From Geosiphon pyriformis uo1 (taxonomy: Eukaryota; Fungi; Glomeromycota): DNA of 64,000 nt. Both the position numbers and the translations under genes were made by a program. Of the stretch, positions 1 to 12,899 are shown in pieces. Under the pieces are notes generated by a model that was not told the origin of the DNA, made no database searches, and saw only the letters and a list, made by a program, of their open reading frames with translations. The DNA lies in the NCBI GenBank assembly GCA_016748015.1, contig JAAOMT010000684.1, positions 124,001 through 188,000 on the forward strand. Direction: 5' to 3'. How positions within the stretch are numbered: position 1 is the first letter of the stretch; each line of letters begins with the position of its first letter.

Positions 1-3000
1 AAAAAGCTTGAAAGTTTAATCAATTTAATTTTAAGATTATTTAACTTAAAAACAACAAAAGTATAAATATTAAAGCTTACAGTTAGTATATTAGTAACTT
101 TTATAAAAAAAACATCTAAAATTATATTTGAATTAAAAGCCAGTATCAAAAAAAATATCAGTCTGTAGAGAAAAAATGACCAAAAACAATACATTAAATT
201 TGGAAAACATACTTAAAATCTTATTTAATAGTAGTTCTAAATTTTGCTTAAATATATTCAATCTTAATTTCAAAGTCAAAAACCCAAATTTTAAAAAGGT
301 TTTATCTAAAGTGTACTTAAATTATTATTATGTTCAAAAAAATAATTAAAAAAACTATTTATACTTAATATTTTTTATTAAAAACAATCAAATATAAAAT
401 ATAAACATTTTTTTTGCATAAAACTAACAAGTTAAGTTTAATTTAAATCTGATAATATATGTTTAACAAATTTTTGGTTGAACTTTTAAAAAATTATATT
501 TTAATTCAATATAACTAAAATATTTACAATTTTTATAGTAAGTTTAATTTAAGACAAATTAATTTTACTAAACACTAAAATTATACAATAAGTTTTATTT
601 AAATATTTTTTAGTTTTAAAACAAATTGTAATATATCTTATTTTATTATTAATAATAAAATTATAATTAATAATACATTTATTTTTCTTATAATTTTTTG
701 TTTTAGCTTAATAAAATATAATTAAATTAATATTATCTTATTAAACTTAAATACAACTATAATAATTGTTTTTTTAAAAGCATTTATTAAAATTTTTTAA
801 CAATTATTACTAATTTAAATATACAGAAAATTTTTTAAAATTATTATTTACCAAAATATTTTTATTTGTAATTAATATTATAGTTTTTTTTAAACTAGTC
901 TTTAATATAAACATAAATCTAATAATTTTCTAATTTTTTTTAATAATTTATAAATTAATATTCAAAACAAAATTATTTTTTAATAATTATTTATACTAAC
1001 TAATTAAATTTCAAAACAATAAAAAAAGTAGATAGAATTAATCTTTTTTTATTATTAAATAGAAAAAATACTAATTTATTGGTATTTAATCTTTTTGCTT
1101 TTAAAATATTTGTTTAAGAGATCAAAAAAGTTTTACTATTATTATCTGTTTTAAATCTAATATTAATTACTATAAGTCATTTTATCTTCTTTTTAAATTA
1201 GTTTTTATGTTGTTATATTTCTTAATATTAGCCAAACTTTTATCCAAAAACAAAATTATTTGAGTTTTTAATATTTTTATTTATGTTTTTTGGCTTTTTT
1301 ATAAAAGTATTATCAATAAAATTATAATTAATTCTTTTTGTTACCTTTTTTAAATATATTGTTACTAGTAGTAGTTATTAGTTTCTAAACAAAAAAATTT
1401 GTATTTTGTAAAAGTATTAAATAATAAAACAGAAAAAAACAAAAACTTTTTTTTTTAAGAAATTTGGAGAAAAAAGAAGTTTTTTTATTTTATAGATAGT
1501 AATTAATATGTATTTGTTAAATAAAATAATAATTAATAATATATGTTTTATTTTTATTTAAATTAGATAATTTTATATATTATATAGCTTAATTTATATA
1601 TATAAATTTTCTTTAATATTATCAATAATTTTGTTTTTAATATTTCAAATTTTTTTATCTTTTACTGTTTTTATATATATATTAATAAAGATAAATTATT
1701 TATTTATTATTATTTTGTATTAATATATTTGATATATGTTTTTTGTTATAATTTAATAAGTTGTATCTTAAATAATTTTTTTAATAATATTATAAATAAA
1801 ATTCTCTATAGTTTTAATAAATTTTTTTATTGTTTTTGTTAATTTTATTAATTTGGCTAAGTATTAATCTGAAAATATAATTGTTATAATAGTTTAAAAA
1901 ATTAATTTATTATTAATTTAATTTAATGTTGAACAATAAAATTAATTTATTACAAAAACAAAAAAAAATAATATTATATTTATTAATTATTAAAAGTTAT
2001 TATTTGTTAAAAATTGAAATTTATTTTTTTAAGCTAAAAACTATTTATATATATACATATTCGTAATAATGCAAAAGAATAGTGTAAAAGTACTATTTAA
2101 AAACAATTATTAAGTTATAACAACTATGTTAAATTATTTTAAGTTATTTTATATTATTTTATATTATTATAAATTAATATTTTACAATAATTATTTGTTG
2201 TAAATTATTTTTAATTAAGTTAATTACTGTGCTAATTATATAACTAGTTAGTAAATAATTTAATTATTAATTTGTATTTGCAGAATTTTATTTAGATAAC
2301 AATAATTACTTCTTTATTAATGTTTAAAATTTAGGTTTAATATTTTTGTTTGTAATAATATTCTCTTTTTTAGTTAGTTTAATTGCAATTATTTTCTTAG
2401 ATTCAAATCAGAATAATATTTCTAATTTTTAAAAAAATAAACATTTTTTTAAAAACTATTAATAATATTGAATAATTTTTTAACTGTTAATTTTTTATAA
2501 ATTAAAACAAAGATGTTGTTTTTTTTAAAATAATTATGAAAAATCATCTTAATCTTTATATTATTAAAGCTTTTATGTTTAAAGAAGATTAAAAATAATT
2601 ATATTTAACAATACAACTATTTTTTAATTTGTATTTATATTTGCAAAGATTTTATTATTGCTGTAACTTAAATTGGAAATTTTGTTATTATTTACATTTT
2701 GATTAGGACGGTAATTCGTAATTGGTGCTTTTTTGCAAAATTCAAATAAGTAATAGAAAAATTAAATAATAACAAGAAAACAGTAGACTTTTTCTTAGAT
2801 GCTTTGGTTTTTTTGGTTATTTGTATTGTAATTAATAATAGAATTTAAAAAAATAATAGTTTGGTTACTAATTTGTTGTTAAAATTCTTGGGATTTTTAG
2901 CAGTTATAGTAATAATACTAGAGTTATTTTAAGTGTATTTTTTAATTAATAACAGACTTTTAATAAATGCAAATAAATTGTTTTTAAAGTTTTGTTTGTT

Positions 3001-3400
3001 TCTAAAATATCCAAAAATGGTATCTTTGTAACAGTTTGTTTATTTATCTTATTTTTTGTTTTAATTATGATTATAAATTTTAAAGAAAAAAATCATTTTA
3101 TATATTTAAATATTAAAAAAACTTTATTTACATTTTTATTAAAAAATATTATGTAAATAAAATACAAATAATAAGAGTTATAAAAAATACATAAATTAAA
3201 TTATATACAGTATTTTAAACTTTACATAATTTATAAAAATTCAACAAAATTAAAGAAAACATATTAAAACTTTATTTTTAAAAATAAAAAATTCAAAAAT
3301 AATTGCTAATAACAAATTAAATTCAGTTTATCATGAAAAATTTCGGTATTTAACAACAAATTTTTAGATATTTAATGAAACTATTATAGTAAACTTGCCA
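1..3400. other. Extremely AT-rich, C/G-depleted block, probably heavily mutated repeat/transposon-derived DNA
   Basis: No ORF of 60 aa or more; G and C are rare and CpG is almost absent; composition normalises near 3.4-3.7 kb. Confidence 0.55.
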
Positions 3401-3694
3401 TTATCTTTGAAAACAAAAAGAAAAAAAGTATTTAATTAATGTATTGAAATTTACAAAATCAACTGAATTTACAAGGAACAATATATATTATTATCGAAAT
3501 TAGGACTAGAATAACATATAAATAGAAGGCTATTAGCATACACCCAACTAATAAAAATTAATTTACATTCCACTTGCAAATATAAATATTATCAATAACA
3601 ATAATAATAATACTTTTAATAATAATAAAATAATAAAAATTTGTGTTCATCAAAAGATTGCATCATCAATAGACATTAGTATGCAAATTTTTCA

Positions 3695-4400
3695 TGGGTA
3701 CACGACAGCCAATCATAAATTCGGGTGCATTTTCCACAAAAAACGGCTTAGCTATTCGACTTGCATACTTGGGATCGTTATCTTCTTGAAAGCGTCACTT
3801 CTTCCCAAGTATTCCATTAAATTCCCAACATCTGGTACAAAATTTCAAAATAAAGCCTGGCATTCATGATACGCCGAAAATAAATTGGACAAACTGGCAA
3901 TTTTTCTCTGTGCAAATGTTCAATTGTGTTTGGCAACAGTTGAAACGCTGTTTCATCCAAAATAACGTTTTTTTCAGTCATAAGCATTGAATAAACCATA
4001 TATCTAATATAAAGCTTCCATATGCTTCACCAGTCATACGTGAAAGAGTACGAATCAAATGATTCAATTCTTGTCCGCTAATCCATCCACTTTTAACAGT
4101 CGCTCGTGTATAATCAGAGTTGTAAAGCTCTCTTTTATGACAGCATGCACAAAAATTTTCATGTAAATTGGTGCTTATAAAGGATTCGTCTGTCAAAAGA
4201 ACACATTGCCAATCCTCTTTGATTTAATGATTGTAGGTTTTAGTCCATTATAACAATGATTTCTTTAATTTTAATTGTTTAAGATGATCTTAACACAATT
4301 AGTGGACCATCCAAATTTTTACACCAGACATACCTTCTTTCTTGAGCATTTTTACCGCAAAAAATTTATTTTTACAAAGATCTTTTTGGGGACCCATTTG
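3695..4400 (-). mobile_element. Degenerate Tc1/mariner DDE transposase relic (copy 1)
   Basis: The minus strand gives VILDETAFQL (first catalytic D), IMNARLYFEIL and, after a frameshift and stop, RFQEDNDPKYASRIAKPFFVENAPE, matching the Tc1 FQQDNDPKHTS motif. DNA-level similarity to 25410-25640. The upstream boundary is uncertain. Confidence 0.8.
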
Positions 4401-5824
4401 TGTATACATTTCGATCTTCAAGTCACTCTTTAATTAATAATAAAAACAAACAAAGACGAATATGAAAAAATAACCATGCAAGTACAAATTTAAGGTTGTT
4501 GGTATTATTGCAATCTTTAAATTTCTTTACGATTTCTAAAAATAGGCCCAATTTTTTGTGACCCGTCTGTTCATAATACGCAGTAGATATGAATCTTTTG
4601 GTCAAGGAACTTAAAAAGCGAAAGCTAATCTACTTTTGTGGTGAGGGTGAACATTCGGTATCAAAATTAAGTAAACTCCTATTTCAATTGTACGATAAAA
4701 TTACAAAAATTGACCACAAAGGAGGTAATGGGTCATCGCAAGATTACAGCACATTTTTCGAGAAAAGTGGGTTAATATGTTCATAAAAATTCTTCTGTCT
4801 CTGTGAAAAATTGCTACTAAACTATATACAGAGGGGATTGGGTAAAAAAAATGAAAGTTTTACACTGTATAATGTTTCAAAACTTTTGACCAATCGTAAT
4901 AATGCAATTATTTTCGAGATTAGCGTAAAGTGGTGCTATTATTAGAGCAATATCCAGCTAGTCCCAATGGCGTTTTTTTTAATCAAGTAGCATATTGAAA
5001 ATAATTACAAAAATATGCACAGAGCCTTTTTGATTCAAAATGATATATATATCATAACCAATAGCACATTTTTGCGATATACAAACTGAATGGAAGATCT
5101 CCCAAATCAGAGAGAATGAATGATTAATAATAAATTCAAAAATTTGTAATCGAATTTTTTGATTAAATACGGTTAAATGTCGATCCTTATGTAAAAATAA
5201 ACTTCAAGGTTGTCCAGAAAGTTGTAATAAATGAGATCCAAATATCGTAGGTTCCATGGAATGAGCTGCTGACGACTCCAGATATTATGTAAATTGTTAA
5301 AACATGCATAAATAATTCGGGGTTTGCAAAATTCTCCGATATCTTATTCTCCGTGATTGGCAAGGCATAAAAATGCTTAAACTTTTTGGCGCGACCAATT
5401 ATTCATTTTAATTTGGGATTAACTGGTTAGCTGTGTTAAAAAAAAGTCCTTACACTTACTAAAGTGGGTTTTAATAAAAAATTCACCTCAACAGTTGTCA
5501 TATCAAGAGAAAAGGTTCAAAATCTTTTTGAAGAGATATGAATTAAAGATTAAGGTTTAAGCACAACGAGGTTTTCGAAAGTAATAGCAATGGAAAATTC
5601 ACTTTAATCCCAAAAATGGGCCGTACACTCAAATTTTTTTTGAGTTTTGAATTTGATTGCTCCAAGCCAAAATTTTACATTATCATCTTTGCCTCCATAT
5701 TTGTTTTTTTGAGAAACGCTGAAAGAAATAAAAAGACCGTCTTGTTTTTGTTGAGTGATTGTGGGCACAAAATTACCTCATTTTATGAATCTTTTAAGAC
5801 ATAGGAAAAATAATTTTTTCGACA

Positions 5825-6812
5825 ATGAATAATGATTTTAATTCTAAATTGTTAAAAGTTGGGTTGCCATCTGCTATTCATTCTGCCCCTTTTCCTCCAA
5901 AAATTACGTCGGATGAATTGATGGCAAATTCACTCGAAAAATTGAAGAAAACTGGGAAAATTGGCAAAGTTCCAAACGCTTTTATGGCCTATCGCATGGC
6001 ATTAAAGAAAGAAATCGCTGAAATGGGATTTCGTCCAACCATGAGTGAATTATCTTCTCTAGCTGGAAATTTATGGGAGAGAGAACTTGAGCATGTGAAA
6101 AATGCCTATTCAGCTATCGCGCAGGATGCAAAGGTTCGTTTCGAAAAGGAATGGTACATAAAGGAAATACAAATTTACCAGGTACGTACTGTATGAGACT
6201 ATTTTTTAAGACCCCTCTGATTATCGAATTAAATTGTCTGATCAGATGTTTTTTAAAAAATGTTCAATGATTATCAAATTTCAGTTTGAAAGCTCAATCG
6301 GTCATATCTCTCAGGAATTCGAAACCAACGCTATGCCTGAACCTGGCGCAAATTCACTCCAAGAAATTCATTTTTTTGAGAATTCAAATGAAGACCCAAT
6401 GGCCAATTCCTCAAAACCATCTCTTCCACTCCTTACAAATTCTTCCGATTTCAATGACCAAGAACTTATGACAATTGGTCATAGTAATACAACTGAAAGA
6501 AATAATGAAACTTCTACAATGATTCCTCTCTATGCCCAGGGAATTCCAGCAGCTGTCAGACAAGACAATTGCTTCATGGGTCAGGGAATATCTGGAATTG
6601 TGAGTCAGGAAGATTTGGTTTATTTGACAAATTTTGATAGTCGTTTAATCTTGCTTGAAACCATGGTGATAAAATTGCTCTCAGAACGAAACTACACTTT
6701 GTCAGCAGTCTTGCCTATTGATGACATAGATCGTATTGCTTTTCTTGAGCAACTTGTTGCTGTGTTGTATGCTGAACCACAACAACAACAACAACAACAA
6801 CAAGAACATTAA
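5825..6812 (+). CDS. MATA-type HMG-box transcription factor, paralogue 1 (exons 5825-6181 and 6285-6812, ~294 aa)
   Basis: PNAFMAYR...LSSLAGNLW...VKNAY HMG box. A GT-AG intron at 6182-6284 joins the two ORFs in frame. C-terminal poly-Q. Confidence 0.92.
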
Positions 6813-6827
6813 CAACAACAACAACAA
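6780..6827 (+). repeat. Interrupted (CAA)n tract spanning the HMG1 stop codon
   Basis: caa repeats before gaacat-taa, five more caa after it, then tga. Confidence 0.9.
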
Positions 6828-7530
6828 TGAAAGCATATGCAAAATACCTTTAGTGTTTATTAATTAAGTTTTAAAGATTTTAAGTAAAGTTTAGAAACCC
6901 ACATTACGAATGAACCATTTGAAAGAACATTCTTTTCAAAATATTAAGATTTTTTAAGGTTTAAATTTTCCTCCCAAGATTTTTTTAAGCAATTAAGTTT
7001 TTGATCAAATTACATTATCTAGTTTAACATGTTAAAAGATCAAATATTTAGAATAAAAATGCATATATGAATAAAAATAAAAAGTTTTTGATATAATCAC
7101 TATGCGAATCTACTTGATTTCCTGTTCTAAAATGTTATTATGGTTATTTTTATTTAGAATGAAATTTTTTATTTTTATTAAGATTTATCTTGGCTAAATT
7201 TATATCAATCAACAATATCTCGAGTGATTTTCGCTATTTTGAAAAAAGAGGATATGATGTCATAAATTACTGTGTGATATTTTTTTTTAGCAATAATTAT
7301 CCCATTGTAATAGATTTATCACACTTGCCAAGAAAAATCTTTAGATGAATAATCAAGAAAATGGATCGTCGTTAACCCAGCCTCCTAGAAAAACGTGACC
7401 AAAAGCAAAATCATATGTGATAAAGGCAATAATAAACCAATTTTAAAATAGTATTTCAGATATTAAAAACCTTTTTTTTTTCTATCAGAGTTTCATTGTT
7501 ATAATTAATAAGTTGGTTGTTTGAATTAAG

Positions 7531-7532
<2 letters not shown>

Positions 7533-7588
<56 letters not shown>

Positions 7589-7610
7589 GTTATTGTTATT
7601 ATTATTGTTA
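7533..7610. repeat. (ATT)n microsatellite
   Basis: Long attattatt array with a few gtt variants. Confidence 0.95.
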
Positions 7611-8173
7611 TCAGTTTTTATTAACAAATTCCTCGATTAAAAATAACGGCCAATCGGCATAATTTGAGACTTAATATATATACTGCCAAGGATTAAAAAA
7701 ATTTAATCTGGAAAAGCGGTCCAAAAAATTGGTCCAAGAATAAAGAATATTATAACCAAATTCTTTTATTAGCAGCATGTATATCAAAAAAAAAAAGGTT
7801 AACCTTGCTAGTAACTCTGTTAATTGAAGAATGACAAACATGGGTTTGGTAATCTTGGATAAAAGAATTTTCCTACGCTAAAAAGTTTGTATAACAAAGT
7901 CGATCATGAATTTCTATTTTTGAATATATTAAAAAAAAAAAGCATAAATACAAAAGAAATGTTTTGACTTTTGAAGCAGAACGTTGGGAAATTTTCAATT
8001 TAAATGTCAAAACTAACTTGAAATAATTTATTTATATGAGTAACTTTTAATTTTTGAAGCCTACTTTTTTCATTTAAAATCTCCACTGAGAATTCAAAAT
8101 TTTTTTTATAATCTTATTTCCGGTAAAATAGAACCCATATTCAAAAATTTTTTCAAGAATCCTTCCATTGAAA

Positions 8174-9088
8174 ATGTTCAATCAATCCCAGACTTCTTCT
8201 CAATTCATGTTCTCATCTCCATATATTAAACCGGACTTCCCTCCGGATCTTACTCATAAAGAATTATTGGTCAATGCACTGGAAAAATTAAAAGTCACTG
8301 GAAAAGCTGGTAAAACACCAAACGCTTTTATGGCCTATCGAATGGCTCTTCGAAAACAAATATCCAAAACTGGATTTCGACCAACAATGGGTGAACTCTC
8401 GACGATTGCTGGAAATCTTTGGGAAAGTGAGCCTCAAAATGTCAAGGAAGCTTATCAAAAACTTTCACGTGAAGTAAAAATAATGTTTGATGAAATGTGG
8501 CAAAAATCTCAACAAGTAAAATTGGTGAACCCAATTTCATCAAATCATGCTATCGAGTTTAATCCTCAACACAATTATATACCATCCAATCAAAATTCAG
8601 AAAATTTTACCACGGAATTTCAACTTTTTGATTATGAATTATTATCTTTTGAACAATCTCTTGCAGATTTAGAAACCTCAGAGCAAACAAATATTCAATA
8701 TCAACTAAAACTTCCCTTAAATTATTCAGAGAAGGAGGAATATATTAATTCATCATTCCCAAATCAGTCTCAAATTGAGCAAATTGATTTAAATCTATCA
8801 TCTTCGGATTTCTCTGATGAATCACAGATGGAATTTTCTCCAGAAATTTATAATAATAATAATAATGAGCCATTTATGAGCTTCGCTTTTAAGGATAATG
8901 CCTTTGAAAATATCTCCGAGATTAGTCTAGAGTATCGAGTATCAATACTTGAAATTTTAATTAAAAACCTTTTAATACAACATAAATTTAATATTAATCT
9001 ACATGATGCTCTTCAGGGAAATGTAGCGCAAAAAGTAGCAGTGCTTGAAAATCTCACATATGAATTCATGCTGAAAGCGCAGAATTAA
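8174..9088 (+). CDS. MATA-type HMG-box transcription factor, paralogue 2 (intronless)
   Basis: IKPDFPPDLT...GKTPNAFMAYR...LSTIAGNLW...VKEAY. First ATG is at 8174; the ORF track starts at TTG 8168. Confidence 0.93.
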   Translation: MFNQSQTSSQFMFSSPYIKPDFPPDLTHKELLVNALEKLKVTGKAGKTPNAFMAYRMALRKQISKTGFRPTMGELSTIAGNLWESEPQNVKEAYQKLSREVKIMFDEMWQKSQQVKLVNPISSNHAIEFNPQHNYIPSNQNSENFTTEFQLFDYELLSFEQSLADLETSEQTNIQYQLKLPLNYSEKEEYINSSFPNQSQIEQIDLNLSSSDFSDESQMEFSPEIYNNNNNEPFMSFAFKDNAFENISEISLEYRVSILEILIKNLLIQHKFNINLHDALQGNVAQKVAVLENLTYEFMLKAQN

Positions 9089-10644
9089 AATTTTATAAAT
9101 AGTATTTGAAAATTAAAAAATTAATATATTAGATGTAAAAGCATTCACTTTTTTTTCTCTTTTAATATAATTCACCTAAAAATTTTATAGATTTTATATG
9201 CGTAATATATCCTAAGAATCCTATGATTGCTTTCCATTACCACACTTTCTGATCTGGAAAATATACATTTTTATGCTCATGAAAACAAAATAAAAGCTAT
9301 TATATATGATTAAAAATCATTTTTTAAAACAAAACCAACTTTACATAAAAGCTGTTATATTTGATTAAAAATCATCTGTTAGAAAAAAAAAATTTTCTAG
9401 AATTTTTTTTTAATATTATAATATTGCGTCATATAATATCATTTATTGTGCACAAAAAAAAATACCGCTTGCACCTTTTTTTAGGGAGTTATATATTCCC
9501 GGGATGCCAGAAAAGATTACTAAAGGATTACTATTCTTGGGTGTGTACCATTTAGTTGATCTTCATTGACGAAAAATCAATATTTGCGTATGTCATATGA
9601 GTCACGTAATTGAATTATTAATACCCAAAAAAGATATTAAAAATGATTGTATCCCGTCAATCATCACCATTTTTTTTCATTCTTTAACGGCCTTCTGATT
9701 GGTTTCTCACTTGATAAATTTCGGCACTTTTTTTTTGATTTCAAACAATTCTTATTGAATTATCTCATTTTGGTTTGGATCACTTTATCATAATAAAGGA
9801 AAAAAAAAATTTAAAAGCATTCAATAACGAAGATATTAAAGGTTCATCATATGTTTACCAATGAATAATTTTCAATTCCTTTATCTTCTTGAAAGTGGCA
9901 AAACCTTTAAGCAAGCCACCTAAACCACAATCTAAGAAGTGCAGAACTTGAGGTAATTGTATCTCTTAATTAATGTACAGTTGTAAGAAATTATGCAATT
10001 CCTATCCTATGAACAAAAATTATAATCTACACTGAAACAAGTCTCACAAATTAAACCTTATTCAAAAAAAAAATTCGCGAAATAAGAAGCCCTAATAGTA
10101 AGAATTTTTCCTTCAAATTTAAGTAAATAAAATCAATATCAAAAATTACTAAAAAAATTTTTAACCAAAAATCTCGAATTTGAACCCAAATAAAACTTGT
10201 ATTTTGATGAGGCTTGAAAATGATATAACGTAGATTGCTAATTCTTGAACCACTACAAATCATCTTTCAATAAAGTGAATTGTTAATTCCCTTTTTCATG
10301 TCAACCCTTTATTGTTGCGTTTTCTAATAATGGGTTAAAAGAGAAGATATTGAAATGCTTTAATATGGTGTTTTTCATAATTTTTTATTCATAATTTAGA
10401 GATTACAATGTTCAAATTGACATTTTTAAAAATATAAATACCTACGCATTCACTCTTTAATTTAGCAGGGTAATAACTCCTCACAAAAAATGAGATTTTA
10501 AAAAAGATTTCATTTTTATTGAAAATAAAAGCTTGCAACGATCCATCGCTAAAAACGACCTCTCTATCGTATAAGTTCATCAAGCCTACTTAAAAATTTC
10601 TGATCCGAGATTTTCTAAGTGAAAATAAACCCAGAATATCTCAA

Positions 10645-11598
10645 ATGTCAAGTTATAGATCAAAAATTCCATCAGGCTCACTTTCTTCGCTTTTTATCAA
10701 GCCCGACTTTCCTCCCGATCTCACCAAAGAAGAAATAATTTCTAATGCCCTTCAAAAACTTCAAACTACGGGGAAGGTTGGTAAAACACCAAATGCTTTT
10801 ATGGCTTATCGAATGTCTCTGAAAAAACAAATCGCCAAAACTGGATATCGACCTACAATGGGAGAAGTATCCACCATTGCTGGAACCTTATGGGAAGAAG
10901 AACCAGATGATGTAAAAGCGGCCTATCAAATGCTCACTTATGAAGCGAAAATCTACTACGAACAAATTTGGCGTTCATATAATCCGTTTCAGATCGTCCA
11001 GGTTCAACCAAACAACGTTGTTAATGTAGAATCACAAAGTTTAGCAGATAACGTTCGGGGTTACCACTTTACTCCTACTACTTATTATTCTGTAAATGAA
11101 TTTAATAGCTGGGGAGAGCAACCCACCATAATTACGGACTCGCAAGGCTCCGATGCGTCGAAAAATTTATTCCAAAATAATCTACCGTTGAACAATTCAG
11201 AAGCGGAGCCTGCAATTGATAATAATAACTTTTGCGGTAGGGTTTTAAAAAAACCTGCATATGATTCTGAAACAATTGATCTTGGATTTCCCACATTACA
11301 AGATCAATCCGAATTCAGCTTCTCTCAACTGCATACCATGATGGGAGAATCAGACACGACAACTAGTTTGCCTTGGTGCGAAGAAGGAGCTACATTCCCT
11401 TGGTTTTCCGATATTTCTCCGATTATGACCCCCAAAGAAGAAAATAATTTTGTAAATAGAGTAGCGATACTTGAATGTCTGATTGAAAGTTTGCTACATG
11501 ACCGAAAGTTGATCATGCCAAAACCATTCCCGGAAAATTTACTTGAAAAAGTGTCACTTCTTGAACAACTGACGAGTACGCTTCTTAGCCAGCCATAG
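10645..11598 (+). CDS. MATA-type HMG-box transcription factor, paralogue 3 (intronless)
   Basis: IKPDFPPDLT...GKTPNAFMAYR...VSTIAGTLW...VKAAY; 317 aa ORF. Confidence 0.93.
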   Translation: MSSYRSKIPSGSLSSLFIKPDFPPDLTKEEIISNALQKLQTTGKVGKTPNAFMAYRMSLKKQIAKTGYRPTMGEVSTIAGTLWEEEPDDVKAAYQMLTYEAKIYYEQIWRSYNPFQIVQVQPNNVVNVESQSLADNVRGYHFTPTTYYSVNEFNSWGEQPTIITDSQGSDASKNLFQNNLPLNNSEAEPAIDNNNFCGRVLKKPAYDSETIDLGFPTLQDQSEFSFSQLHTMMGESDTTTSLPWCEEGATFPWFSDISPIMTPKEENNFVNRVAILECLIESLLHDRKLIMPKPFPENLLEKVSLLEQLTSTLLSQP

Positions 11599-12899
11599 AA
11601 TCAAGCTCGTTTGAGAGAATAGAAAGATAAAAAACTCATCCATTTTTGTTCATGCCCATTAAGATAAAACACATTATGATATTAAATACGCTACAAATAT
11701 GACATTTTCTTAAGATCATCAATTATTACTTAAGGTCTAAAAAAAATTCATAAAGATAATACCCAGAATATAAGACTCATTCAATATAAACTGATCCCTC
11801 ACCTTAGGTGAAAAGGAAAATCTTATTTTGACATATTATTAACGAAAGGAAATTTATTTTGAAAACAAACAACCTTTTTTAAGCTTTGTATTTTCTTTGG
11901 GATAAAAAGTGTATTTTTCATAAGCTAGTTAATAAAACCCAGCATACTGAAAAAAGAAGAGAGTCTGGTAAATGATAGAAATCATAGGCCAAGTAAAACC
12001 AAAGGGAAAATAAAAAAGAGAAACACCTTAAAGAAAAATATAACAGTCGACATATGACCACAGAATTGAAGCTAAAAACTTAAAATTTAAAATCCAGTAT
12101 TTTAAGTATTTGACAAAATTATGTATTACATTATTATGATTGGATTGATCAGTCTTTCCCTATTAAAAATAAACAACCTTTTTTTCAAACAAGATTATGT
12201 AAAATTAATCGTTTATAGGTGGCTGGAAAATTTCTTGTTTGTATTGGATCGAGACACTGTTTAGTGACAGCACGTGCATGAATGACCAAAATTGATTCTA
12301 TTGTGAAGGGTGGGGATCAATGAAATTATTACTGAATGGTGTTCCTCGCGGGGTGAAGGCTGCCAGAATTAAGCATGATCTGTTCAAAATATGCCACTAA
12401 ATTGCATTTCTTTGCCGTTAAGCAAATATATAGTGCCGGTCCGAATTACTAATTGCTAGACTTACAAATAGTAAATCTTGGAATCTCAAAATATCAATGC
12501 AAAATACATTGTTCATCATACAGAATGTCAAAGTTATTGCAAAAAAAAAAAGAATAACCAAACATTAATAATTTTCTTTCTAAAATTTTATCAAAATACA
12601 CCTAAAATCAGAACGAAATGTCTGTGGAGGACATTCATTGAAATGCTTTTGGTTTCAGCTTAAAAATCCAAACAAAGTCAGTTTTTTGAGCTTTGAATAA
12701 ATTTCAAATATAAATCTCGATCATCTAATATTATAAAGATGAAACTTGAAAATATTAAAGCAAACAAATTTGCAAATATATGTAAAGTTGATTGAGACCT
12801 TAAAATTTTAAAAAATTTCTGAAGCTTTCAATGTCAAAAAATTTACTTTGAAAAAAAATTTACTACCTTTCAAGTATTTGCTAGTATACGAAATAAAAT

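Noticed and set aside
4828-4869. TA-CAGTG on the minus strand as the terminal inverted repeat of the Tc1 relic
   Set aside because: No matching partner repeat was found on the other side, and the match is too short.
5825-11598. HMG array as a canonical mating-type locus
   Set aside because: The window lacks the triose-phosphate transporter and RNA helicase flanks of the Mucorales sex locus and any HD1/HD2 homeodomain genes. HMG genes are numerous in this group.
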